In this document: one piece after another, positions 9,484 through 22,925 of the stretch | How the letters are laid out: each line of letters starts with the position of its first letter | How positions within the stretch are numbered: the first letter of the stretch is position 1 | Source: Moniliella sp. 'wahieum' | Lineage: Eukaryota | NCBI GenBank assembly: GCA_003971905.1 | Contig: RSEE01000130.1 | Location: 124,001-156,390 of the forward strand | DNA: 32,390 nt | Direction: 5' to 3' | The notes under the pieces: generated by a model | What the model was told of the DNA's origin: nothing | Seen by the model: the letters and a program-made list of their open reading frames with translations, nothing else | The model's database searches: none | Translations under genes and position numbers: made by a program

Positions 9484-12400
9484 AACGCTGACACGGTTTG
9501 CATCTCTTTGGGGCGCGACGATCTGTTGTAGACCGCATTTGTTTTCCCCCAAAAGGCAGACAAGAGCGATGCTGTCTACCTTCCTTTTGATTTGAGGGCT
9601 GCTACCCGAGTTTATATGTTTCGACACTGAATCGGAAGTATGGTCACTATATAGGATCAACTGGCTGCATCGCCATTCTCTCAGTTGGAATATATTTTCT
9701 CCGTAAGGCGTCACCATCCTTGTTGGCGATGCCCCATAGTACTATGCCAATACCGTGAAGGTAGCCCCGGACGTCCCACTGCCAAGGATTCCATAGGCGG
9801 TTTATACGGTGACACTCAAGCGACATGAAGCCACCAACAAATACATTGAGCAACTGGTCACCAATAGTTCACTTGAATCCCAGGGGTCTCAACAGACTAC
9901 TGGAAGGGTCGCTGCTGCGGCGACGATGGAACATTGGCCAAGATAGCGACGGTGGAACGGTGAATAAGTGGCGACTGTGGCCCACTACACCAGGCTGGGC
10001 GAATCCCCATCTGACCGCGGGACGCAGGTCCGGTGGTTTCCTAGTCCTTAAAAGGGAGCACTTAATAGGGGATCACAAACCATGGCCACTGAGGGCATTA
10101 TTTAGGTGAAGGTGCTCATGCATCATGAGCCCACGACATCCTCGACTCATCTATCGAGATAAGGAAGGCAAAACTGGACTGACTCACGCAAGGCAGTGAT
10201 TGAATTTCGGGGACGGATGTACACATCATATATGTATCTGATGTGTTCAATGTCAACACATTTTGCTGCAATGTTCCCTCAAAATGGGCCATGTTTGCAT
10301 CTGCTCCGTGTCGGCCAAGAAGAAGTATGTGTTCGAGTCCAAATAACAACGCGATTTCTCCGCGATACCGACTTTCCTTCCGCGAGCAAACAGTAACTAG
10401 TCCTACAGACCGCTTCCTGAAAGAAACCACAACCTTTTTTGAAGTAAGGATTTCTTACCTGTCCAGATCTTTGTTGCGTATTCTGACTCGCTAGACTCAA
10501 CAACATAGTCACTCAATGACGCCGGTGTGGACACCAGATCATAGAACAATTATCTCGTCGCTTCTCTGTGTTCCCACCAATGTGCAGAAGCGGCGTTGGC
10601 ATAGCCCAGCAAGGTCACACAATCGTTGTACTGTACTGGCTCAGTGAATCAATAATTGAAGCCATTTGTGAGAACATACTGGGAGGTGGAAGAGTGGTTT
10701 TGAGCGGTTAACCGGCCCAACCGCCTCATATAAACGGCAACTTCAACTGAAACATCTTCTTGTTCAATTCGTACCAACATCATGCCCCATCAGGGGCGGA
10801 AACAAAAATGAGATGGGCTGGGGGTTATATCAAAGCCAAGGGGATACTGGAACAAGCGACTAGGTCACTTAAGGGTGGCAGGCTTATATTGTTAAGGGCT
10901 TGCGAAGCGAATTCGGTGGCCACATAGATCTGAAGCCGAGTGAGAAACCCAGGCCTGCCCGCCCGGGGAATATATTTCAGTGAAGCGCGCTCTCACTAGC
11001 ATTAAAAAACCCCAGGAAAGTTGTTCCTGGACCTCAAACGGAACCGCGGGCTACAGTCTGAAAGGGAGTCAACATGCAAAAGAAAGGCATCTCAATAGGT
11101 CACCCCACCTTGGTCTGTTCAGTTTGGGTCTGGCTGATGTGACGATTGGCCCATTTTTGTACTTTCTCAAAACGATCAGCAAGTCAGGTTCACCTACAGC
11201 ACCTACGTACCATACTTTCAGCAGTGTATCTGGTTTGGTGGCACGGCCCGGGTCTCCACACAAAGTCACCTGGCCATTTTACACGGAATGAACGGGACAT
11301 GAAGAAGTTGTGGGGGAGATAGATGTTCGGACGTTCCTTCTGTTGTGTGGATGAATTGCGTGCTACACTAGTGACATGCGACCAGTGGCACTGTAGCAGT
11401 AGTCTTTTTATTCTCTTCTTCTTCTTCCTTCTGCGAATGGGAGCACAGCTCTTGTGGCAGCTATGCAATGAATGTTATGGCTTTGCCACCCCCATCCCCA
11501 GTAGCTGCGCAATACCGTCGTTTCTACCAATGCTTTTGGCAAGCCCGTGCTATTATCGGTTCAAGAGCAAGCATAACTGGTCAGTCTAGAATTAGGCGGA
11601 AGAAAGGGGATACATGTCTTTCTAAATACAATTCCTGTTCCTTTGTATGTGTGCTGTACCTCAAAAGATTTGGGGTGACACATATCATAGTCCAAAATGA
11701 ATTTGTACAATGCGCCCAAAAGTCTTTGGGTCCATCGTTCCGCATCAATGTCATCAGTCACAAAGAAATCTATGATTATAACGTGCCAATCCTATGGTTT
11801 CTTGATAGATACATTTTACCGTGATACTGAGATCTGCTGTCCGGATGGGGCTCGAGGGTGTAGCAATCGCACTCGTGGAAGTTATGATCTAAACCAAACA
11901 ACAACGGAAGCAGATGAACGACAACAGTTCGTCGTCACGCGGGGTTAAGAGCTGTAGGACAAAGGCAACCGAAAGCAGCAAACAACGAAATTCCTACGCT
12001 TTAGGAGGAAACGATTGGGACGTTGCCCAAAATCAGGGGAGCGCCCGGGTATCTCAACACGCAAGGAACACTAAAATTATAACGTAGTGTTGATGGGTAA
12101 GAGAGATAGACTCTTTCTGAAAGGTCGCGTTGCTCGTTGGTGACAGATGGGAGATGAACACTACTTCTACTTGTATCAGCCATCACCTCCACACACTTTG
12201 CTGCATGAGTCATCTTGACTGATCAATAGGAACCATGACTTCGTGATCGCATCAGTTACTCTTGTAGGCAAAAGAGTTGGAGGTGTGACCCCATTCTAGA
12301 GGTGCATGGACTAATGACGGAATCTGGCTAGCACGCCGTACTATGCGCGCAGGTGGTGTCTCTTCGGTATCCATGAAGTGCTCTTTAGTGTCACGTATCT

Positions 12401-12940
12401 CTCTTGCGATCCTTCTGATTATCATGGCCAGTCTAGTTTGACGCACTACATCATACCTCGCTCTATTGTCGAAGAGATGAACCGGTGATTTGGTGTCGCC
12501 GTAACCAGTGTCCTTACGGGAGGCGTTTGTGGCTGATGCATCTATCATGTCCACTGCCAACTACGTCGCGCGGTGCATACACCCAGTTTTTGTAGGCACA
12601 CCGAAGGGGCGGAAATTTGATCTGACACTTTTTTTTTACTCCCATTAACATCCCTCCGTGCTATGGTTTAAGAAAGTGAGCACAGCACCATTGCTTCAAC
12701 TGAGATTGTTGTTGTCTGTCCTTGTTCCTGCTGTAGATAGATGATCCCTTTCAAAAGCGTTAACCAGAACAAGATCACTTTTCTGCTTCTAACACCAAAT
12801 GGGCTGCTCAACCCTACAAGCCCCACCGCTTTCCTTGCTGCAACCTATTCTGCTGTTTTAGCTCAAAAGCTGCCATTATATAGATATTGGAACACCCCTT
12901 CAACAGTCCCTCATCCTGTTGGCCTCTGTCGGCGTACAAG

Positions 12941-12964
12941 GGGGAGGGGGGGGGGGGGGGGGGG
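12941..12964 (+). repeat. Poly-G tract
   Basis: Directly visible. Confidence 0.8.
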
Positions 12965-13679
12965 AGCTCTCCAAGTACCGGAGACCGGCGACCAACCAAC
13001 CGTTTGAACTATGTTATCCTTATTGAACTGTGGTCTTTGGGGATGAACTGCTACCGACGCCAATGACCAAGGACAGGTCAAACCAGCCAATAATGCTCCA
13101 AGTCTATGAGTTCCTCAGCTTCGCACATGACCGAAGATACAAGTAAAGCCAATGGGTGGATTGCTCAGACTCGCGTCAGTTGGTGCCGCGCCCCACGAAA
13201 GTGTCTTTAATTGTTGCCTCTCACGAAGCGCCAGCTCTGAATTTGCGCAGCGGCAGGAGGATAAACACGAAGGGAAATGTGGGCCCAGGTGCACTACAAG
13301 ACATAAATCCAGAACCGCTTGGAGAAGGATTGTAACAAGTCGAAGAGATTGCGGAGAGGTGCAAATGGAATGCAAGCGGTGGATGCGGATGTGGAGGTAT
13401 GCTGGGCTTGTCAAGAGACCTGACATATGTCCAAAACCGCGTGGAGAATGGGCTATAAAAAGTCGAGAAGGGAGAGGGGAGCAAAGAGAATGTGCTAGCG
13501 GTGGAGGTGGAGGTGCAGGTGAAGTATATGAGCTTGTCGTGGGCCCCTAACACAACACGGTGGTGGTCCGTGGCATTATGTGACGGAAGACATCACGAAA
13601 ACATCTGCCATCGCATCATCGCCCTGCACGCCAGGATCAGCTGTAGTAAGCGAAACGATGATGGACAGGGTCTGCCTTC

Positions 13680-13710
13680 TCTCACACACACACACACACT
13701 CTCTCTCTCT
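13680..13710 (+). repeat. Compound (CA)n(CT)n microsatellite
   Basis: Directly visible. Confidence 0.8.
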
Positions 13711-13993
13711 CGTCTGCTTTTTGGAATGGAGATTGTACGCCATACGGCCCAAGGGTATCGCAGGGATCCCATATAGAAAGCAGTTAATTTGAGGACGACG
13801 CTCGGTCGCTCTCAGATACGTATGCAGCCCCTGTACCGCACTGCACCTCGACCGGACCAGTGGAGCTGTGAGGGCGAGAAAAACTGCGAGGGCTACAGAT
13901 GACCTGCGAGGGCTGAACCGGATTTCGATTTGGAGACGAGAGGAACCGAACCATAGGGGTACACTGAGTTCAATACAGAGTCCAATGCACAAT

Positions 13994-14035
13994 ACAGGAC
14001 AGGACAGGTCAGGACAAGACAGGACAGGGCAGGAC
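13994..14035 (+). repeat. (CAGGA)n pentamer repeat, imperfect
   Basis: Directly visible. Confidence 0.75.
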
Positions 14036-15578
14036 GCACCACCGCGTGTCGTTTCTGTAGCACTGCAGTGGGCGAGACTTAGTTTAGTGCGATCGGACCA
14101 ACTCAGAGAGTTTCTGAAAGCGTGCTAGGACACATGAATGTATAGCATCCATAGCATGTGCTGGTACGGCCCCAAAGCCAGTTGCGCGAATCGAAACGGG
14201 AACGGGACATGGACCAGGACCGGGATCGTACCCATAAAGGCCGGTGCCTCGTGGACGGAGGAGGAGGAGAGCGGGAGTGAAGGAGGACTGAATTGGGGCG
14301 AGAAACCTCGGGTCAGTAGTTGGTTGGTTGGTTGATTCTTGACTCTATGTTGGGCCGAGTTGGGTACCGTTCAAGCACCTACCTACTCATGCATAGCCTA
14401 CCCCCTCCCTCTCCCCCAGAAAGCAAACAATCGGGAGTATAAGTATACGTATTCTAACGACAGACGCCGGGTATCCAGCCATTCTGAATTGTTCCAAGCA
14501 TTCTTCCACCTCATCGTCCCTTTCCCTCCTTTCCGGCCTAGATTATACAAGGTAGGGTTCCCTGTCCTTTCGCTTCAGAACCTCCCACTGCGCTCTGTGT
14601 GCCCCCTGTCGCTCGTATGCTTCCACCATGTGCTGGTCTCCACCTCCACCGCCGTACCTTCCCCCAGTGGGGGTGCTATACCTACCTCCGCCTACGCTCG
14701 CACAGCCCAACGCAAGCAACTCCTAAACAAGCAAACCGCTACGCAATCATCATAAAGAGAAAAAGGAACGCCAGCACCCCACCGCGGGCGATCAATCGAA
14801 ACATCCGATGGATGGATGGCTCAGGCAAATCACATAAGAATCTTAGTTTGGTACAGTAGTGCGAGGTACGAGGTTCGAGGCCGTAGGGGGCAGGGAGGGC
14901 AGGTAAGAAGGTGCGGGAGAAGATGGTGGAGAGAAGGGTGAGGGGGAGAGGGCGGGGGGATAGTGGTAGGTTAAGGTCAGAGGTCAGGTAAAAGAAGAAG
15001 AGTAAACAAACAAGTAAAAACGAAAAACGTAAGTAGAAAAAATGGGATGGAGAAAGAGCTTGGTTGGTATACATAAACATATGCCCCCCCCCCCCCCCCC
15101 ACCTCCGCGCACTCTCCTCTTTCATCTGCTCTTCCCTCCCTTTGCTCTTCCCTCCCTTGAGACAACGCGACCGCGCAAGAAAGTAACGACCGCCCGTCAC
15201 GAAAAGAAGAGAAGAGAGAAGAGAAGAGAAGAGGAGCAGGCGAGTCTCAAGGGGGGAGAGGACGATCGTCCCAGGGCCATGGGTGCCATGGTATGAACAA
15301 AAACGGGGTGAGGCAACGTTCGGGGAAAGGACAAGGCGGGCACACAAGGGGAAAGGGCCTCGAGGGGGAGGGAAGTATTCAGCTTATTTTTTTTCTTCTT
15401 TTTTCTTTTCTTGGTTAGTGGTAAGTTGGGCGTAGAGTAATGGTATAGACAGGCACTGGGGTGGTGCTCAAGAACAAGATCCTAAGATGCGATCCAGCCA
15501 AGTCTAGGCAAGGCAAGTGGTGGTCACGGCTAGGCAAGCGCACAAACAAGCTTGCGCCTTGACCTTGAAACCGTAGGA

Positions 15579-18500
15579 TCAAGCCTCTTCCGACTCGCGC
15601 TTCTTGGCCTCCATGGGACGTATCCTCCGACCTGCTCGACGTCCTTTCGTCGGCGGGGACAATGCGTGCCCCGGGGGCAAGGCGTGCGGGTCGTGAGCTT
15701 CGTCACCTCGATGGGCTGGTCGTCGCCCAAGTGAGAGGAGAGGTAAGTGGTGGTGGTGCAGTTCGATCGGGTGACCGTGGCGGTCGTACTTGCGTGGTGT
15801 GCGACGTTCAAATGCGCACACACATCGTAACGGGTTGGTACGTGAGGATTGGGCAAAGATTGCGTCCATCTCTTCCAGACTCCGGCCCATGGTTTCGGAA
15901 AGATAAAGTACGTGCACACGAGGATAAACAGGTTGAGCACCGAGAAGACCGTGTACGTCTGTCGGTCACCCAAGCCCCATAACCAAAACACACAAAGCAA
16001 AGCACGCAAACGCAAAGCAATCCAAACACCGCATTGCATTGAAGCCAGAACAAAAGCACAGCCAAGTTAGTTCACCAACTCCATCTAATTCTTCACGGCT
16101 GGTGGGTCTCGTGCGACAGACGCACCACACGAGGCCGACATCAGACGCGACATCAGACGTCCAAAGGAGCGGGACGTACATGTACTTGATTTGCACAAAA
16201 CTAATTGGTGACACCTACGCCAGCCACCGCGCAATAAAGTCAGTATTCCACCCTTACGGTACGGCGTGGTACCGTCACCACCAGCACAAACAGAGACACA
16301 ACGAAATGGGCATACGTACCATCACCACTGTCCGTCCCAAACCGGCGTTTCGTCCAGTCCAACCGAACCACAACCACAACCACAAAGAGTCAGTCACGCG
16401 GTCCTGCAAACCATCGCCTTCGCCATCACATCGTCCTCGCCACGGAGCACCCAGCGACACGCCGACGCCTGGCTGGGCCCACCGTCACGTACCCCCCCAC
16501 CCCCCCGCACCCACGACAGAGAGAGAGAGAGAGGGAGAGCTCCCCCCACGGACACAAAGAGAGAGAGAGAGAGAGAGAAGAGAGCAAAGTAGGAACGTAC
16601 CTAAGAATTCCAAATCCAATTCGAGGCGGTAGAGATTCTGTAGGATGAGAGTACCCCGGCAACACACCGCGCCAAAGTGCGTCATTAGTCCGTCGCCGGT
16701 TGGTCGTCAGCACAACCAAACCCAACACACAACAACACAACACAACACAAGACAAAAGGAAAGACAAGACAACAAGATGAAACGCCATCCTGTCCCGTTC
16801 CGTCGCGGCACCCACACCCAACGCGGTACCACGGTACAGGAAGCCTAACCCCACCAGGGAAAAAAGAAGAAGAAAAGGAATCGAAAACAAGACGTACCCA
16901 TTGGCAGCGGCGCGAACGACCAAGGGGGTCATTTCGGCCGGGGTCAACCAGGTCATGCCGAGCCATCCAATGGCAAAAAGGTATTAAACAAAAAGAGACA
17001 GATGACCGAAATGACCGCAGCGGCAGTATTGGTTCCGCCTACAGTGTGCTTCGAGGGCTTGTAGCGCGGGTGCGTGACGCTCGGCGCATTGGTCACGGCG
17101 AGCACCATCATGGTCAAGCACTGTCCTGCTGCACCAAAGAGCATCAGGGGACGTCGACCCACATGCTCCACGAGGTAATACGCAATCCACGACGCGGCAA
17201 AGTATTCCGTGCCATTGGCGGCAGCTAGCACGCGGCTCATCAAGGGTCCAAGCCAAGGTTGTTCTGGAAAATCGTCCCGGCATAGTACGTGATAAGGTTG
17301 ATCCCGGAAATCTATACCCCACAGAAACAAACCAACATGAAACAGGGGGGGGGATCAAACACGAGTGGAAGAGAGAGCAAGCAAAAGGAACCAAGGTCGA
17401 GTCAGCGTCTCAGCGTCTTTTGCCACGCAAAAACGCGACACGGAGCGCAAATGGAAAACGAAACCGTACCTGTTGAAAGCACTGGCTAATAAAGCCCAGT
17501 GCGACGCGGTGCAAGTACTACGCGTCGGACCATTCGAGTAGAGTTCGCGCCAAGTGAGAGATTTGGCCGCGCCGACCGATTCGCGCATTTCTTCAATCGC
17601 AACGGAAATTTCCGGGTGGTCCGGGGGTTCTTCGTACAGCGACGACAGGACGCGACGCGCTTCTTCTTCCTGGTTCTTGAGCATGAGGAAGCGAGGGCTC
17701 TCGCACAGCGACATGGTCAGCAAGAGCGTAGGCAAGGCAAGTACGATTTGTAAGGCGAGCGGGACACGCCAGGCCGCATCCCGCGTGCGGACTGTGCGGG
17801 TGTTTGCGTTCAATCCAGTAGAAGGCAAAGTCGATCCAGTAACCTGCGGGCGTCCAAGTAATACAGCAGAGAGGAGAGAAAGATACATAAAGACAGACAC
17901 ACAATAAGGGTCGGGTCAGAAAACGACGGTTCAAAAACCATACACCGAGGGGGAGGGTGACCTACTCAACATGATACCGCCAGTAATGAGTGCGCCTTCA
18001 ATCATGATCAGCTGTCCGCGCAAATGCGAGGGGGAGCATTCGGACTGGTACATGGGGATGGTGTGTCTTCATGCCATTTCCAATGCCGGTAACGACACGA
18101 GCAACAATCAATTGGCTCAGTTTAACGACGTGCACTGCAAATCGCTCCAATAATCATAATTGCCACGCCCCAGGTGATCACCTTGCGCCGCCCAATCCGG
18201 TCCCCATCACCAGACAGCTCAGTGCACCCACCATGCATCCAATTTCGTACAGACCCGTGGTTACTGTGCCCAACCAAATATCCAACCCACCACACCAGGG
18301 GGTTTAGCCACCATTAGCCAAAGAACATGAATCGCAACCTCCATCTGCCGCACACAACCCACAACCCACCCACTGGAGGCACCCGGGGAAAAAGCGCAAC
18401 GTACAGCCCTGCATGACAGCATAGTGCAACTCGGTATGATAGTCGTGTTGATCGAGTTGAACCGGTGGCGAAACGAGGCGAGGGTAAACAAGGATCCCAT

Positions 18501-18705
18501 AACGCCTTGGTCATAGCCAAACATCAAGAACCCCGCGCCCGGCTGCAAGGCCAATGGTGGCGGATAGACGGTGGCCCGATAAGCCCAAGTAGGTGGGCGG
18601 GACAAAGGTCGGGTCGCGCTCGAGCTCGTCGTCGAGCTGCGACGAGGACCCACTGTCTTCCTTGGAGAACAGGCGCGTAGGGTGCGCCAGCTTGTCGACT
18701 TTCAT
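15579..18705 (-). CDS. MFS sugar porter, STL1-like (glycerol/H+ symporter clade); 8 exons with apparent frameshifts
   Basis: Sugar-porter motifs: GFLMFGYDQGVMGSL, GDRIGRRK, YQSECSP..LRGQLIMIEGALITGGIML, WRVPLALQ, CESPRFL, QQISGINLITYY, VEHVGRRPLMLFGAAG, GMTWL.PAE.TPL.VRAAANG, ISTASNWIWN, and ETMGRSLEEMDAIF. Seven GT-AG introns. The STL1-clade assignment is from remembered motif similarity, not a search. Confidence 0.9.
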
Positions 18706-18739
18706 GCTGGGAGAGATGGTGGCAGGACAGAGAGTGCAC

Positions 18740-18801
18740 GGGTGGTGGTGGTAGTTGTGGTGGTGGTAGTGGTGGTGGTGGTAGTGGTGGTAGTGGTGGT
18801 G
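18740..18801 (-). repeat. (CAC/CTAC) trinucleotide-type repeat just upstream of the sugar porter ATG
   Basis: GGT/GTA repeats on the plus strand. Confidence 0.75.
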
Positions 18802-18809
18802 GGGGGGAG

Positions 18810-18821
18810 ATAAAAGCGGGG
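18810..18821 (+). promoter_or_regulatory. Possible CreA/Mig1 glucose-repression site
   Basis: ATAAAAGCGGGG is an AT box followed by SYGGGG, ~105 bp upstream of the sugar porter start. A short motif, so it may be chance. Confidence 0.3.
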
Positions 18822-21800
18822 GTGGCGAGGCGGATGGGTGAGAGCGGGTGGCCAGGGCGGTGCGAGGCAAGGCAGCGGGGAAGCAAGGGTGAGAGGGAGA
18901 GGGAGAGAGAGTAAGCTCTGAGGCGCCGGAGCGATCGCGCTGGCTGTCGTGTTGGGGGGAGAAGGGGGCGAGTGAGTAGTCCTCAGGACGCAGTATATGC
19001 GTTCTCTAGAGGTACAGGTACGACGTGTGCACACCCAACTGGACCCTGCGCGCCAAGACGGCTGCGGCGGAGCCTTACGCTTCGCTTCTCCGCACTTGCG
19101 GGTGCTATATGCTACTAGGTACAGACAGGCACGCGAGGAACCAGGCCGTGCGGCAGGTACGCCACAGCTCCGATAGGTGCGGCTGCCTACTGCCTACGTA
19201 CCCCCCCCCGCCCGACCCCGCAGCTATCCATGTACACGCGACGATGGATGACATGGATGACACGATGACATCCTCGCCGCACCGGTTGTTGCCACCTGCC
19301 GCTCGCGCACACGCGCCCGTCTTGGATCTTAGATCTTACTACGCCGGCCCAACCCCGCCCTTAACCCCGCCTGCGGCCTCCGTCTCGCGGGGGGCGTGTG
19401 GCAGGCGTGTGGCAGGTGCGTGTCTCGGCGTGTGTGCGTATCGAGATTGGGTATGGTATATGGACGCTTGACAGTTGACGCTTGACGCTTGCTCGTTCCC
19501 ACGGCGCGCTGCTGCGCCCCTAATCCAAGTGGACGGCGGGAATATACGCTACTGCTTGGTTGTGGGGGGTGCCCCCGTGGCGAGGAACTAGTATCAGAGA
19601 CGATTGGGTGGGGAGGGTAGGGGCCATCGAGGGAGTACTCACTATTCAACTGAGTGCTGCGTACGAGGACGTGTGTGCGGAGGACCAAGGCCGCAGAGCA
19701 GCGAGGTGGAGTACATACGCGAGAGCTGCGTCCCCACAACCCCGCGCGTGGGTAAGCAGGTTGGGTTTGGTGCGCGAGAGAGAGGGGTGGGCAGGGCAGG
19801 GCTGGTTCTTGGCGGCGATAAGCGGAAGCGTTGCTCGCAGCTTTGCTTCTCCGGTGGTCCGAGGGGCGGCACGGCAGTGCTGAGCTCAGGCTGAGCTGTC
19901 AACTGACAACAACGTCCGCTGGCCATGGCTAGTAGTAGTGGCTGCTCTCTACGGGATGCTCCCTCCTCTCTCTCGCGCCGCGGACGAGCAACCTGCGCAC
20001 AGACCTGCCCAGCACTGGAGCACAATACGTATGCCATGCCCGCCCCCGCGTCGGTCTTCTTGGCGGCGCTCGGCGGGGTTAACGTTTAACGTGTTAACAC
20101 AATCCCACTCTGCCCCGATCCTCCCAAATACCACCCATCCTCACACAGCGCACCGCACCCTGTGACGCAATCATTCATCAAGTATAGGCCTTAGGCCTTA
20201 GGCCGGCTGCGTCTGGCTGTCGGCGGTATCGGCACTAAGACTCGCTACGTCAGATCTCAGATTAGCTTTTTTTTTGCTGGTCGTTGCGGTGTGGGGCAGT
20301 CACCCATCAGACCATTCATCACCACCACAAACAAAGCACACCAAGAAAAACAGCCAACCACCACCCAGTCCTTCTTCTCTCCCTCCCTCCCTTCTCACCC
20401 ACGGCCAAGTGGGCCTTGCGTGTTCACCGTCCCACACAGCCCCCGCTTCTGCCCTACTCATCCATCACAGGTATTGGATCCGTTCGGGGTAAACCGGTTC
20501 CCGGTTACTAGTTCAGTTACTCCATGGACCCTCCACATGACAACCATCGTAGTTACCAACCGCTAGCTCGGGGCGGTGCTCAGCCTCAGCCTGGGCATTC
20601 CGAACGCGAAAAGTGTCCTCCGCGATCGAACCTGGCTTCCCACTGCCCAGTCCCCTTGGTTGGTCATATCGAGGTCATCGAGGTCATCGAGGTCATTAAT
20701 CATGAATTCATTGGTCATTTCGTAGGCATGTACCGTACCCTCCTCTATGCATTCGACAACGAGCATGCCAGCATGCCACGTGGGATGCAGGTCCCGCACC
20801 TGAGGGAGCCCCTAGACGCCTTGCTACCCGTGCGAGGCCGTGCGCCCTCGTCCTTGTCCCCGGCAGGACCGGATCGGAGAACCGCGTCGAGCATCGAGCA
20901 TTGAGCGTCGAGCGTCGAACGAGAGAGTTAGCGCGCGGAGCGCAGGCGAACAAATCGCGATGTACCCCGTACCCCCGTACCCCGTACCCCCTACCCAGTA
21001 CCCCCGTACCCTGTAAAGCGAAAAGCGAAGAAGAGGGACCCGGTAAGTCGGATCCAGGTATAGTCTGGTGCCTGATCAATGCGATGGATGATGGATGATC
21101 CCCCCGTGTTACCCGTATCTTCGTATACCAATCCCCTTCTCCTGCCCAGGCGGAGGGGCACCCCGCGCACACCAAAACTCAATCCCAATCCTCATAGCCA
21201 TCCCAATTCCAATCCCACCACTCAGTAATAGTCTGACGACACGACCGAGATTGCACGGTGGGACAGCCTTCACCGTTCATCTCGTTTACCTTCACGCCAA
21301 CGCTGTGTGTGCTACCAAGAGCTGAGAGCTACAGCTGTCCAACATCTACCTATTAGCGGACTGTGACTGGGGGAACACACTCCACTGGATAGCTAACTAG
21401 GCGACGCTGCTGGCCCAGTTGATGGTATACTCCTACTGGACTACTACTGGTGTTTGGCATGGGCTAGGGGGCGCAGGGCGGAGGCGAGGGCGCAAGTACG
21501 AGACTGATGTACGTATCCAATGATGCATGATTGCATGAACATAATGACTTTGGCTAGTGGCTAGGCACCAGGGACGTGATATATGCTTTGCGGGGGTGGC
21601 GGGGGGACTAGGGGTTCCTGAAGCTCTGAAGCTTCAAGGCTTGTGGCCCGGCTGCTCTGGCGCCTCGGGTTCTGCACATGCGTACGGCGCTGGGAACGGC
21701 CGGCAGGACGGTCCGCGTGGCTGTTTGCTCCCTACTTCAAGTTGCGCGTGGCAGCGAGTAGGGAGAACGCCTTAGGCCTTAGGCCTTATAGGGATGAGGT

Positions 21801-22527
21801 GGATGAGGGGATTAGGGACTAGCGCTCCGATCTAGCTAGCGAAGCTACGCACTTCGTTCGTGACTAGTGAAGACTACGTAATGGGCAGTAGGACCTCTGC
21901 ATGGGACATGGGACATGGGACTGACATGGAACGTCAAAAACGCAACAGAGTGCAAGTATTATAAGGGCCCCAACACACTGGATCGCTCCCATCTGACCCT
22001 ATCCCATTTCAGTTCTCCCATTTCAGTTCCTCTCCTCTGCCCCCTCTGCACCTCTCATGTATCGCTGCGGACATCTCTGCGATGCACGATGAGATGTAAA
22101 GATGAGAAATGAGATGGGATGAGATGTGCCATTTGATCTGCCTAACCAGCTAGGCGTCAGCAGGACGGTGGAAGGAGGAACGCCTAGGTAACAGCAAGGC
22201 TCGTGAGCGGGGCAGTGCCAAGGGCTCCTGGGACCTAGGGACGGTAACCATAACCGTGATGGTTTCGTTCCAACACGCATCCATACCATCCATCTACGCG
22301 CGGAGCCCGCCGGGGGGATGGGATGCACCACAGTGTCCCAACAATGCGGTAGTGGTCATGGTTATTTTGTCCATTGTGTCCATTTTGTCATGGGGGGGGC
22401 AGGGTCATTGTGCTTGCAGGGAGGTGGTGGCCAATCTACGTGACGGACGCAATCCAACGCGGGGTGAAGGTCGCGTGGCACGCAGGCGTACGGGTTCACT
22501 GCAAGGACTGGATTGGGATGGGATGGG

Positions 22528-22612
22528 ATGGGATAGAATTGGATTGGGATAGAATTGGATTGGGATAGAATTGGATTGGGATAGAATTGGATTGGGATAG
22601 AATTGGATTGGG
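22528..22612 (+). repeat. Minisatellite, ~5 copies of the 16-bp unit GGGATAGAATTGGATT
   Basis: Directly visible perfect tandem copies in GGGAT-rich flanks. Confidence 0.9.
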
Positions 22613-22845
22613 ATGGGACGGGATGAAAGGGGGATGCAATCGATGGGATGGGACTTTTGGGTTGCTTGGTTGGTTGGGTGGTTGGTCGGGTGGTCACTGG
22701 GACAAGGATGGGGAGGGGGATGGGAGGGACAAGTACTTGGTTGCTGGGACGATAGGGGCAAGTCGGTAGGACACGAGGAGGGGAAGTAAGCGAGCCAACC
22801 CCCCTCCCACTTCGCTCCCCCCGCTTACCCTTGACCCAGATCTTG

Positions 22846-22916
22846 ACGCCGACGCCAACGCCAACGCCAACGCCAACGCCAACGCCAACGCCAACGCCAA
22901 CGCCAACGCCGACGCC
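22846..22916 (+). repeat. (CCAACG)n microsatellite in the 3' UTR of the large gene
   Basis: Directly visible, ~11 copies. Confidence 0.9.
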
Positions 22917-22925
22917 CACACCAAC

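Noticed and set aside
19025..22400. Short ORFs between the sugar porter and the large gene (e.g. 20524-20904)
   Set aside because: No homology cues or convincing intron structure, and rich in simple repeats: treated as promoter/intergenic.
22528..22612. Regular repeat array as a possible CRISPR
   Set aside because: Head-to-tail 16-bp units with no unique spacers, eukaryotic context and no cas genes: an ordinary minisatellite.
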